Positions 1-11,204 of a stretch of 64,000 nt of DNA are shown here, piece after piece. A program made the position numbers and the translations under genes. The DNA is taken from contig NC_043023.1 of NCBI RefSeq assembly GCF_006345805.1, positions 6,882,001 through 6,946,000 on the forward strand, read 5' to 3'. The DNA is from Octopus sinensis (lineage: Eukaryota). Position 1 is the first letter of the stretch; each line of letters starts with the position of its first letter. The notes under the pieces are model-generated. The model did not search any database. It was not told the DNA's origin and worked only from the letters and a program-made list of their open reading frames with translations.

Positions 1-67
1 TAGACACCCTAATTTATAATTTTAATGATTATATATATATATATATATAAATTAGGGTGTCTACGAG

Positions 68-99
<32 letters not shown>

Positions 100-129
100 G
101 TATATATATATATAAACATACAGGCTTGT

Positions 130-356
130 CCTTTACAGGTGCCAGTGCTACATAAAAACACCCCTGTCGGTGTCATGCAAAGTGCACGCGCCATACTCTC
201 TAGAGTGGTTGGCATTAGGAAGGGCGTCCAGACATAAAAACCATAACAAAAGCAGACAACTGGAGCCTGGGCATCTGCCCGGTCAAGCAGCTCCATGTCA
301 AACCGTCCAACTCATGCCAACATGGAAAACGGACGTTAAATGATGATAATGATGAT
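130..356 (+). mobile_element. RTE-LINE 3' UTR-derived repeat (5'-truncated), (GAT)n tail
   Basis: Motif gagtggttggcattaggaagggc...ccgtccaac.catgc..catggaaaacggacgttaaatgatgat recurs at ~15090-15355, 21335-21500(-), 50885-51225, 58075-58362 and 58700-59255(-). At 22205-22640 it is contiguous with RTE coding sequence. Confidence 0.65.
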
Positions 357-749
357 ATATATGTGTATCCATATGTATGAATACATATACATACATACAC
401 ATATATATATACATCTAATATAGGATTAAATTTTACGAAAAAAATTTTATCAATGGCCAGCATATTAAAAAATACCTTTAAAGGTTAAATTTATAAACAA
501 CTTATAAACAAGGGTAAAAGAAAAAAATTCTAATGCAAAATATGCCGAAAATAGACAAAATGTCAATAACCATATAATTTATCACTATTAACATGCGTCT
601 CAAAGTAAGCCGACAGAAATTTCTAAAACATTCCATTATTACCGTATTGGTCCCAATTTCAGGGTTAATTCATAAGAATTTTCTCCTCGTCAGTGATAAA
701 TACGTAAGACATAAGTGAAATACTCATACCCTAGTTTTATATATATATA

Positions 750-1330
750 TCTTTATATACATAAAACTGAGAATGTGTGTCTGTCTATCTGTCTGTGTGT
801 TTCCCTAAAACTTGAGAACTACACAAACAATTTCATTCAAATTTTGTCATCGGCAAAAAAAATTTTGAACTTTTTGCCTAGGGCGAGCCCACAGCAATAT
901 CATATCTTCTCCACTACGATTCCCTAAAACTTGAGAACTACACAACCAGTTTCATTCAAATTTTACACATGCCTTACTTAGGGTCCATGTAGTTTCATGG
1001 GCAAAAAAAATGTTCAACTTCTTGCCTAGAGCGAGCCCATAGCAATATCATATCTTCTTCACTATTTCAGTATTACGTGTTAAAAGTGAAACAAAAACGT
1101 TTCTTTATTTTATGTCAAATACTTTCACTTTAACAATAAAAATAATAATAACAATTGAATTATATGTAGTAAGTAATAATTAAAATCAAACTAAAGTATA
1201 ATATAATCGTAACATAATAAAAGTAAAAATAGCAATTGGTATAAAATTGCATCGATGACTTGAACTTGAATAAGTGGTTTCACATGAATGGGAATAAATT
1301 AAAAATAAAATTAGCGTGCAGAAATGGAAT
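750..1330 (+). mobile_element. Probable non-autonomous Helitron/DINE-like element, 3' end not identified
   Basis: Starts atctttatatacataaaactgagaatgtgtgtctgtctatctgtc, like the 5' ends of the Helitron-like elements at 9302 and 16912; internal ~120-bp duplication (ttccctaaaacttgagaactacaca x2). Confidence 0.4.
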
Positions 1331-1646
1331 AGTCCAGATGGATAATAAAAAATTAAATTAAAGAAAATACTATTGTCTATAAAGTATACAATGTAGAGAA
1401 AAAAGAAGATTTGAACAAATGTCTGAAATCAATTTTTTGCGTTATTAGTAAGTTGATATATATTTCTGCTCTCGTACTATTATCTCTGTTATTATATACT
1501 GTTGGTCTACCTGTTTTTGTCTATTGTTGTCTAACGGACGAAGTAGGCCTTCGCGCGAAGACTTCGCGTTGGTGTTCCCCCCTCAGTGGGGGAAAACTAC
1601 AATTAATTTGGATTTACCAAAGGCTTGTTAAAGCCATTTGTTCAAG

Positions 1647-3019
1647 ATGGAGTCCCCCATCTCTTATTCGCCCGTGACGAGCGAGGATGAATACCCGGCG
1701 TTGTCGCCAAGTAAAAAAGAGGCGTTGTCGCCAAGAAAAAAAGAAGCGTTGTCGCCGAAGAAAAAAGAGGCGGCGTCGCCCAAGAAAATGGAAAAACCAG
1801 TACCAGCATCAACTCCAGCAAAAAAATTCGCTGAAGTGGCTGGGAAAAAGATCAAAAAAATAAATATAGAAAATTTAAAAAATTTGCAGACTGTGTAAAA
1901 AAAGAAGGCACAGAAGTGACTGTGGCCACAAACATACAAATACATGACGATATAGAAAAAAAAAGAATAATATATAAAACTTACGACACAACGAAAAAAA
2001 TGATCCAAAAAATCGAAGAAAAAAAAATAGAGTCTTGTCTAAAACCTTTTATGGATAAAATAACGTATATAAACAGAGGAAAAAGATACGGCACAGTGGA
2101 GGTGCGTTTTACTACGGAGGAGATAGCGAAGAAACTATCGATGGAGCCAATCAAAGCGGAAAACATTGTCTTACTACCATTGTATAAAGGAAAAAGGACG
2201 TCGAAAATTTCGATGAACAACATACCGCCAGAGGCAGATGCTGAATGTCTGGTGGCAGCAGTGATGGTAGGTCTGGAGGAAAAAATAAACATCCTCCAGG
2301 CCACAGTGGAGGAAGAGGAGTTCTGGAAAGGGCAGAAAATAGTGATAGCCATTCAGCGCGAGGTGCAAACACTGGAAGAAATTCCAGAAACGGTAAAGAT
2401 TAGTGAAGACGAGAAAATAACAGTTTTCGTGGAGGGCAGGAAGCCGAGGTGCTTCGGCTGCGGCAAGAAGGGTCATGTAAGGGCGGAATGCCACCCCAAC
2501 CCAAACCGCAGGAAGCACCTAAGCCAAAAGAAAAAAGATAATGTGTCACCAGAAGCAGCGTCGGATGGCCCAGAAGGGAAGACTGAAGGTGTGGAGGTGA
2601 CGGTGACAGCAGAACCAGCGGCGGAGGAAAAAAAGAGCGAGGAAAAGATAAATGAGGAGGGGTGGGCAAAAATTACCGGAAAAAAAAAAAGAAAAACGGA
2701 AACCACCCCTCCCAGAGTAATTTTAAAAAAGAAAAAAGAGTTAATGAACTCGTATATGGCCGTAAAGGCAGCAATAGCAGACTCGAAACGTGTTGGCAGC
2801 CATGGCCAAAGTGGAGAAAGTAGTGAAAAAAACGACTTTGTAATTTACAGAATAGGCCGGAAGGATTACGGGCGGATAAAGTCAGAATTCTTCCATGACG
2901 TAGGCCCACTTAGATTGGATGTGACATCTCCACATATATTTGAGGGCCTACGTCAGACTCCCCCACGAGGCCCAGAAAAAGAGTTAGAAGAACAAGAGAA
3001 AACCGAACCACTGATATAA
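1647..3019 (+). pseudogene. E1 ORF1 (gag-like): SPKK-type repeats, RRM-like segment, CX2CX4HX4C zinc knuckle; one frameshift near 1880-1900
   Basis: Track ORFs 1638-1898 and 1916-3019 join through an A-rich shift (ADCVKKEGTEVTVA is in frame with the second ORF). Knuckle CFGCGKKGHVRAEC at 2450-2491. Confidence 0.85.
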
Positions 3020-3027
3020 GGTAAGTA

Positions 3028-6000
3028 ATGGATTACATTTATGTTGGTTGTTTGAATGTGCGCGGCCTGGGAGCAGACTGGAAGCAAGGTCGCTTCCTGC
3101 ATGATATCAGGTCGCGTAATTTAGATGTTATTGTTGCTACAGAAACCCGGTTAGAGGGGCCAAGAGGTCTACTCCCCTGTTTGACGGCTACGAGAGTTTT
3201 TTCTCTCCTGGCAGTCCTACAGGCGGGAGTGGGGTGTTGGTCCTATTAAAAGAAACCGGGTTTCTGAGAAAAAGTTAATTTTTGCAGATCCAGAAGGTAG
3301 GCTGGTCGTCATGGATTTGACGTTCAGTAACGGTAAAGTTATCAGACTGGTTGCAATTACGCACCCAACCATACAGGGCAAAGTGATTATTTTCGTGAAC
3401 TAGAAAACTTTCTTGGTACTTCGCATTCATTAGTGGTGCTAGGAGACTTTAACACAATTTGCAAAGAGGATGTAGATTATGTTGGCTCGTGTCCAGATAG
3501 AAAAGGCAACAGTGGCTTCATGGAACTGCTAAGCCGCTTTGAGCTAGCAGATCCTTATAGGCTGGAATTTCCGAACGCTCCATTGTGGACATGGTCAAAC
3601 AGCGACGGATCTTCCAGGTCATATTTAGATAGAATACTAATTAGAAAAGTAGACAGTAAAATAGCTAAGTGTCCACAGTTTTACCCGATCAGCTACAGTG
3701 ATCATAAAATGGTCACTTGTAAGCTTGACATAGATAAGGTTAAAAATAGAGGATCCGGTTACTGGAAACTTAATACGTCCCTTTTGGTGATTAAGGAGTA
3801 CAAAGACCGGATTAGGAATATAATTCAGAGGGCACTATCTGGTACCATCATCATTATAACAAATGGTGGTACGCCCTCAAACGAGCCATCAAGTTTGAGT
3901 CTATTAGATATAGCATAGGAGTAGTGGCTAGAGAGGCTAGAAGGGAAACTACTCTAGTTAAGGAATTAGAGGAAGCCATGAAAACTGGCTCTGCGGCTCA
4001 GGTGGCGTCCAAGAGACTGGTGTTAAACCAGCACCTCGAGGCCAAACACATGGGCTGCATTGTCAGGGCTAGAATCCGCCATATGGGATGTGAAGGAATC
4101 AACGCCGTGAGATGGGCCGAGTGGTGGAAGCTCGGCATGGTAACGATGCCACGATTCGATCTTTGACGAACCAACAAGGTGAGTTGTATAAACGAACCCG
4201 AGGAGATGTGTGAGGCCTTTCAGGAGCACTTCGCTCAGCTTTTCGTGAGTGCGGCGGACTGGATAGGAGGAGGGCCTTTACGGACCTACTCGACGGGCTG
4301 CCGCCTTATCGGGGCGAGATGCGAGGGCTGTGAAGGGCCAATCACGCCTGAGGAGGTGGTTGAGGCAATGGCGGACTGCGGCGCGGGCAAGGCGCCGGTT
4401 TTGATGGTCTACCCTATGAGTTATATAAGAGTATGCCAGACTTGTTCGGGCACCTACTGGCGGAGGTCTATGTGAACTGGCAGCAGAACGGGCTTATACC
4501 CAGATCTGTGCGCCGGGGAGTAGTGACTCTCGTCAGAAAGGACCCGAGCAGGGGGAGTGCATTGATAATTTCAGGCCCATCACTCTGCTAAACACAGAGT
4601 TGAAGATTTTGGCCAAAGTGTTATCGAAAAGATTGGCGCGTGTCGCGATGGTCTGATCGGAGAGGCACAGACATGTGCCGTTCCGGGCAGATCCATTCAG
4701 GATAATCTCCATCTAATGCGGTACACTATAGAGGGGTTTAATAGTGATTCTGGCAAGGGTGGGGCACTGGTCCATTTAGACCAATCTAAAGCTTTTGATA
4801 GGGTCGACCATCGTTACCTGGTGTCTGCCTGGCACAGTTCGGGCTGAGCCTTGGCTTCCTCAGGTGGATTATCCAAATTTATGATAATCGACTCGGTAGT
4901 TCGGGTGAACGGCTTCTTGTCGAAGCCGTTCAAAATCAAACGCTCGGTTCGTCAAGGGTGTCCGCTCTCCCCGCTTTTGTACGTGATGGCTCTTGAGCCA
5001 TTACTGCGAAAACTGAGCGGCATCCCGAGACAGCCAGGTAATGGAAAATCAGTGTCAGCGTACGCGGATGACATCACCATCATCGTAACCGAAATGGACC
5101 ACCTATGTAAAGTAGGCAAGGCCATAGAGGTTTACGAGACGGTGACAGGAGCAAAGTTAATCGCGAAAAGTCAGTCGGCTTGCAACTCGGCACCTGGAGA
5201 GGCAAGTCGATGCCTCCTAACAGCGTCGTGGGACGTTGGACGGAGGGTCCGATTAAACTGCTAGGGGTCTGGTTCGGTCCAGACCTCCAAATAGAGAAGA
5301 ATTGGGGCGAGGTAACGAGCAAGGTGGCTGCAGTAGCCAAGACCTGGTCTTGGCGGTGGCTATCCCTGAAAGGGAGGGCGGAGGTGGCCAATGTGTTTAT
5401 CGCATCGGTTATCACCTACCGCCTTTCCGTCGTTCCTTGCCCTGATTCGTGGTTGATCAAGTTGGAAAGACAGCTCTTCTACTTCTTGTGGAAGGGCGGG
5501 AAACCACTTGTGAAACGCTCTACTTGCTGTCAACAACCGTTAAAGGGTGGGCTAGGGATGCCTTGGCTGATGATGCGCAGACATGCGCTGAGGTTAAGAC
5601 ATCTGTGGCTCTACCTGGTGGATGTGAACGGGTGTGGTCTTCGCTAGCAAAACTGATGTTTCCCAAGTTCACTAGTTTCGGTGGATGGGAAACCTGGCTG
5701 AATCGTAGATCGAAACTTGGTACTTGGTACACGGAGTGTCGCAAGGCTCTCCTGCTATTCCGTCGCTCGGGCAACGCCTGCGGTGGGGGTTCCACCACAT
5801 TCCTCTATAGAGGGTTGGTAGAGGCGGAATGTGAAGATACTCTTTGGGGGAAACCCTAGGTCTCGACGATAATCAGCTGGCCAGTCTGTTCCGACGTACG
5901 TTCGAGCCGAGGACACTGGACAACTTCCAGAAGTCTCTGGCATGGCAATGCTACAGAGGAGCTCTACCTACCTGTTCGGGATAAACTCGCAAGGCACGGT

Positions 6001-6420
6001 GGCCAAGACAGTCCGATATGTCCAAGATGCGGGCGGGATAGGGAAACCGTCCCGCACGCGATTGTTCATTGTCCGGACGTGTCTGAGGTGTGGGTTTATG
6101 CCGAACACCTGTTGTCAGGTACACGAAGAGTACAGCTGTCGACTGAGTCGATTACAAAAATTGACCCACTGGATTTCCTCGTGAATGAAGGTAAGTTTCG
6201 TTTTCTCGTTGTAGTAGCAATTGCGAAAGAGGTGATATGGAAGACGAGAATGAAAGGTTTACAGTCAGGCAAGTTCATCTCCGGCCCTGGTTTGATGAAC
6301 TATTTCATCTTTCACCTGAAAAGGAAGATAGGGCTGGAAAGAATATGCCTGACTAGGAGAGTGTATGAAGAACGATGGAAGGATGTAGCACGAAAGTTGC
6401 GAGTGAAAGATACAACATAA
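3028..6420 (+). pseudogene. E1 ORF2: AP endonuclease plus reverse transcriptase, broken by many 1-bp indels
   Basis: Motifs across frames: GCLNVRGL, DVIVATET, LGDFN, YLDRILI, SDH, YWKLN, FRPITLLN, LDQSKAFDRVDH, VRQGCPLSPLLY, YADD (5061-5072), LLGVWFG, KGGLGMP, C-terminal CPRCG...H..VHCP, HLKRKIGLER..RW. Confidence 0.93.
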
Positions 6421-6678
6421 ATGTAATACCAAGTGCAACCAAAAGTATCAGTGGGGAGGCGGGGCTCGTGGGGTCCGAGCTAAACCCGCACCCACTCCAC
6501 CCGTAACGTCTTCCGGTCTGTCCCATCATTCGATTTCTGTCCATTTATTGTAATTCATGAAAAATTTTTTAATTCGATTTAGTGTAAAAACCCATTCGTG
6601 TGTCTGACCCCTCATCAGATTGTATTGTCCCATCTTTGTTCGCCCCTTGTGGGTAATAATAAAACAACATGGAGGAAA

Positions 6679-8448
6679 TTTACCCAAGTGTGTTGTTATC
6701 TGTGACTAGACAGTGAAATTTTGTTGTGTAAATTGATTATTATCGCGCGAGGCGTTTGCCTCCACGTGTGGAAACCTTCCGAAGAAGGTGAATTGACCCT
6801 CTAGTCATGGCGACTTACGCGGGGGTCACGGGAAAGAAAAATAATGATTTCTCGATAATCGTGAAGGATGTTTTCTTTGAGAAGAGTAAACTCAAAGAAT
6901 ATGAAAAGCTATTCAAAAGGGAGGGTGATAGCGTGAAGCTAATCCCCCCCGCGAAAGCAAAAGAGGACAAAGAAAACAAGACTGTAACATATAGAACCCA
7001 AGACAAAAATACAAAGAAACTGGCAAGAGTGGAGATAGCAGAAATCGAAAAATGTCTGGGAGACATATGGGGAACGACCTACGTGAGTAGAGGCAAGAAA
7101 TTTGGTACGGTGGAGGTGAGATGTGCAACGGAAGAAATGCAGCCTCACTGGCTACCACTGTACTAAGAGCGGAAACATTTATAATGTGGCTTTCATACAA
7201 GGGAAGAAGAGGGGTCCGGGTTAAAATCCCGAATATACCCCCAGAAGTGAAAACAGAATGGCTGGCAACAGCTATTCTAGGAGCAGCAGAAGAGGAAGTG
7301 GAGGTGGAATCCTTAAGGAGTCCAACGCGATAAACTGGAGAGGATATGGGGTAGAACTGTGTTTGATGGCCACAAAAGAGGACATTGAAAGGTTCCCCTA
7401 CAGAATAGAAATTGAAGATGAGAAAACCCTCAGTGTAATTGTAGAGGGAAGAAAGCCAAACTGCTACTTGTGCGGGACAAGGGGGCACATTAAAAAAGAG
7501 TGCCCGTTATACGAATTCGTAGCGGAGTGCGAGCAGGAATTTGAAGAAAAGAAGAATACGGTGAATGAAAAAGAAAACATAGAAAAGGAAACAAAACAAC
7601 AAGAGAAAGGAAATAATAAGTCAATGAAGGAAAAAGAAATAAAAGAAAAGAAAGAAATAGAAACAAAACAGAGTCAGGAAAAGAAAAAGGAAAAAGAAAC
7701 AACAGGAAAAAAACAAGAGAAGATCAGAATAATCAACGAAAAGAAAAGACGGCACACAAAAAGAAAAAGAAAAGGAACATAAAACACGAGAGAAAGAGAG
7801 AACAGACAAAGAACCAAAAGACAAGAGAAGGAAGAAGAAAGAAAAGAAAGCAAAAAGAGAGAAAGAGAGAAACAAAGAGAGGAGAACAAGGAAGAAATAA
7901 GCCCGAAAAGAAAAACGAAGGAAAACGTAGGACGGAAACAAGATTACTGCTTCTACAAGTTAGTAACCTTCCATTTCTGCCCCGAAATGAAAGACTTAAC
8001 ATGTAATACGGAGGGACATATATGGGTCAACAGGATGACCGACCAGTGGCAGGAGACTGCTCTAATCCCCGAAGAAAGAGTCGCTGAGTTCCTCAGAGCT
8101 GCCGGAGAGAGTGTAATATTTTACACGAGTGTTCGAGTGAGAGAGCGGCTGCCTGAGGGCTCAGTGATTGACTTTAGAGAATTGAAAGCTATTATGGAAT
8201 ATGTATAGAATTGTGAGAAGAGAGAGAAGAAAGAAGAGAAAAAAGAAAATATTGTGAAATATATGTGACGAAAATGTAACCTCTCGATTCCGGGGATCGA
8301 GTGGGCATTTACATCTCATTGTAAATATTCTTTCATATGTCATTTTTTACTTTTATTTTTTCCTTTTCTTGTCATTCGCTTTCTTATTTTAAGTTCCCCG
8401 ATTGTATTGTCCCCTCTATGTTCGCCCCTTGTGGGTAGTAATAAAATC
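6679..8448 (+). mobile_element. ORF1-only (HAL1-like) non-autonomous Tx1-type element (E2)
   Basis: Frameshifted ORF1 homologue 6807-8208 (YVSRGKKFGTVEVR, NIPPEVKTEWL, VEGRKPNCYLCGTRGHIKKEC at 7462-7503, K/E-rich tract); no ORF2; same 3' tail as E1; flanked by the direct repeat acatggaggaaa (6667-6678, 8449-8460). Confidence 0.8.
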
Positions 8449-8450
8449 AC

Positions 8451-8750
8451 ATGGAGGAAAGCACCTTCGAAAAGTGTCTTGGTGCGACTATGAAAGATAT
8501 CTAATCAGAGGCAGTAAATTCGCCACAATAGAAGCAAGGTTCGAGTCAACGGAGCGTGCAAGGGAGTACTCGACTTGAACTTGCAAAGTGGAAATATTTT
8601 ATTTTTACCTTTATATCTGGGACGTAGGACGTCCCTGAAAATAATTTTTAATGCCCAACCCCTCAGAAGTAGAGGTAGGCTGGATTGTAGCCACACTTCT
8701 ATACAAGAGGGAGGACAAGATACAATTGATTGAAATTGCAAGAGGCGGGC
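8451..8750 (+). pseudogene. Third Tx1-type ORF1 fragment (E3), truncated at both ends
   Basis: MEESTFEKCLGATMKDI / YLIRGSKFATIEARFES..NILFLPLYLGRRTSLKI / PSEVEVGWIVATLL aligns by eye with E1 IESCLKPFMDKITYINRGKRYGTVEVRF..IVLLPLYKGKRTSKI..PPEADAECLVAAV. Confidence 0.75.
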
Positions 8751-8952
8751 CTACAATTTTCCAGTCTGTTATATATTTTGAGTATTGTTATCACTAGCGA
8801 TATCAAGATATAACTTTGTATTTTGTATTTTATGTGTAGATGTATATATATAGATGTACATGTAATATGTACACATATATATACACATATATACATGCAC
8901 TAGCACTATGACCTGGCAACGACGGGTCTTTAATGCTAGTATATATATATAT

Positions 8953-9262
8953 GTGGAGGCGCAATGGCCTAGTGGTTAGGGCAGCAGACTCGCGGTCGCA
9001 GGATCGCGGTTTCGATTCCCAGACCAGGCGTTGTGAGTGTTTATTGAGCAAAAACACCTAAAGCTCTACGAGGCCCCGGCAGGGGGTGGTGATCCCTGCT
9101 GTACTCTTTCACCACTCTTTCTCCCACTCTTTCTTCTGTTGGCCTGCTCGCTTAGCCAGCGGGATGGCGTCATTTGAAGGCTAAAACAATGCGAACGCAT
9201 TGTGACCAGCGATGTGTAACAACATTTGATGGTCTGGTCGGTCACGTGATCATGTGATCATG
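8953..9262 (+). mobile_element. tRNA-derived SINE, family S3
   Basis: A box tggcctagtggttagg, B-box-like ggtttcgattccc. Related copies at 10169-10472, 25215-25533(-), 25745-26052(-), 50254-50558 and 50575-50872. Confidence 0.8.
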
Positions 9263-9301
9263 ATATATATGTATGTATCTATATAATGGAGAAATTGTAC
9301 A

Positions 9302-9809
9302 TCTATATATATAAAACTGTAGATGTGTGAGTGTCTGTCCCTTTCGATTTAGATTCCTAACTACTCCCACATTTTGCGGTGCAGTTTAACCAAATTCGGG
9401 TATCTTATAGTCGTGATTCATATCGAGCCCGTCTGGCTATTAGCGCGCGTCTACAATGAGTCTACGATTTAAAAAATAATTTAACATCATTTTTTATTCC
9501 ATTTTAATGCATAATTTTTCGTATGTCGATGGCAGCGGAGTTGGCGTCCATGGTCACACCTGTGTTGCTTCTCCTCCTTCTTCCCTCCCTCGTGAAGCTG
9601 TGGGGAAGGGAGTGTAAGGAAATCAACGTCGTAAAGCGTTGTCAAGGAGACCAGCGTTCTTTTAGAACAGCGACTTCATGGCTTGAAGACACCAAAACAG
9701 AAATGGCTAAGAAAGCCCGAATTGGCATCTATAAGGGAAGTAACTCTCTAAAAATGCTTATTTAGTTATTTCCCTTACAAACCCGAGCAACGCCGGGTGA
9801 TACTGCTAG
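9302..9809 (+). mobile_element. Non-autonomous Helitron-like element
   Basis: a|TCtatatatataaaa 5' end; 3' hairpin cccgagcaacgccggg followed by CTAG|t; inserted between A and T. Confidence 0.8.
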
Positions 9810-10039
9810 TAATGTATAAATGGATGATGAGTAAAGCACCAGCAGTTTCAATTGCCTCTTGTTATCTGTGGATTTACTGCAGGGACTTTGTAGTGGGGGT
9901 TGGGGTAACAGAATTAATTAAAAAAAAAAGGAGATGGAATGTGTAATAGACTTTTACATTCCATTTCATATTTTATTAATACTATATATGTATACACACA
10001 CACACACATATATGTGTGTGTGTATATACATATACATAC

Positions 10040-10086
<47 letters not shown>

Positions 10087-10489
10087 GGCGGTGCCCCAGC
10101 ATGGCCACAGCTCATAAGCTGAAACTAGAATCAATTAATCGATCATATATATATATATATATATATATAATGGCCCAGTGGTTAGGGCTGTGGGCTCACG
10201 GTCGGAGGATCACGGTTTCGATTCCCGGACCGGGCGTTGTGTGTGTTTATTGAGCGAAAACACCTAAAAGCACCACGAGGTTCCGGCAGGGCTTGGTGGT
10301 GACCCCTGTTGTACTCTTTCGCCCCAACTTTCTCTCACTCTTTCTTACTGTTTCTTAAGTAATGCTGCGATGGACTGGCGTCCCGTCCAGCTGGGGGGGA
10401 AACACATACACCACAGAAACCGGGAAACCGGACCCATGAGCCTGGCTAGGCTTGAAAAGGTTGCATAAATAAAATAATATATATAAATA

Positions 10490-10528
<39 letters not shown>

Positions 10529-10610
10529 TATATTACATCTGTTTGTTGTGTACACCACCTGTCTTCGTCTTTTGTTTTTTTTTGTGAATTCTCCCTATAT
10601 ATATATATAT

Positions 10611-10776
10611 AGGCGCAGGAGTGGCTGTGTGGTAAGTAGCTTGTTTACCAACCACATGGTTCCGAGTTCAGTCCCACTGCGTGGCACCTTGGGCAAGTGT
10701 CTTCTACTATAGCCTCGGGCCGACCAAAGCCTTGTGAGTGGATTTGGTAGACGGAAACTGAAAGAAGCCCGTCGTA

Positions 10777-10816
<40 letters not shown>

Positions 10817-10993
10817 CGTGTATGTCTGTGTGTCTGTGTTTGTCCCCCCAACATCGCTTGACAACTGATGCTGGTGACATAGGGGTTTGGCAAAAGAGAT
10901 TAACAGAATAAGTACTAGGCTTACAAAGAATAAGTCCTGTGGTCGATTTCTTTGACTAAAAGGCGGTGCTCCAGCATGACCGAAACAAATAAC
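10611..10993 (+). mobile_element. tRNA-derived CORE-type SINE, family S1 (resembles octopus OR2-type CORE-SINE)
   Basis: Head ggagtggctgtgtggtaag...ggttccgagttcagtccc, CORE-like caccttgggcaagtgtc, internal (TA)n(TG)n, tail ctgaaacaagtaaaagag. At least 15 copies in the window. Confidence 0.8.
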
Positions 10994-11204
10994 AGAACTG
11001 ATAATACTCACACTATTAAGCAGTGAACCTCTTGTTGCTTGACCACAGCTGTAGCTGCAAAACCTCTCTTCTGCAACAACTGGTCACTATCTGCATCAGA
11101 TGTGTGCAACAGTTTTGCACGAACTGCATCAGTTTCAGTTCTGCTCCAGACTGCTTGCAAGTATCCCCTGCACCATTCAGCTCTTACCATCCACTTTTCG
11201 CTAG

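Larger units (their letters stand above)
1500..6666 (+). mobile_element. L1-clade, Tx1-like non-LTR retrotransposon, near full length, frameshifted (element E1)
   Basis: ORF1 with CCHC knuckle; 8-nt spacer; ORF2 with APE, RT and C-terminal Cys/His motifs; 3' UTR ending gccccttgtgggtaataataaaac. The 5' boundary is approximate. Confidence 0.93.

Noticed and set aside
1540-1600. HDV-like ribozyme in the LINE 5' UTR (hairpins cttcgcgcgaag and ttccccc..gggggaa; also accttc-cgaa-gaaggt at 6774-6790)
   Set aside because: I could not build the nested double pseudoknot (P1/P3 pairing and catalytic C) by eye; an RNArobo/Infernal search would settle it.
8953-9030. SINE heads as additional tRNA genes
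   Set aside because: They have A/B boxes but no complete cloverleaf or acceptor stem, and they continue into SINE bodies.
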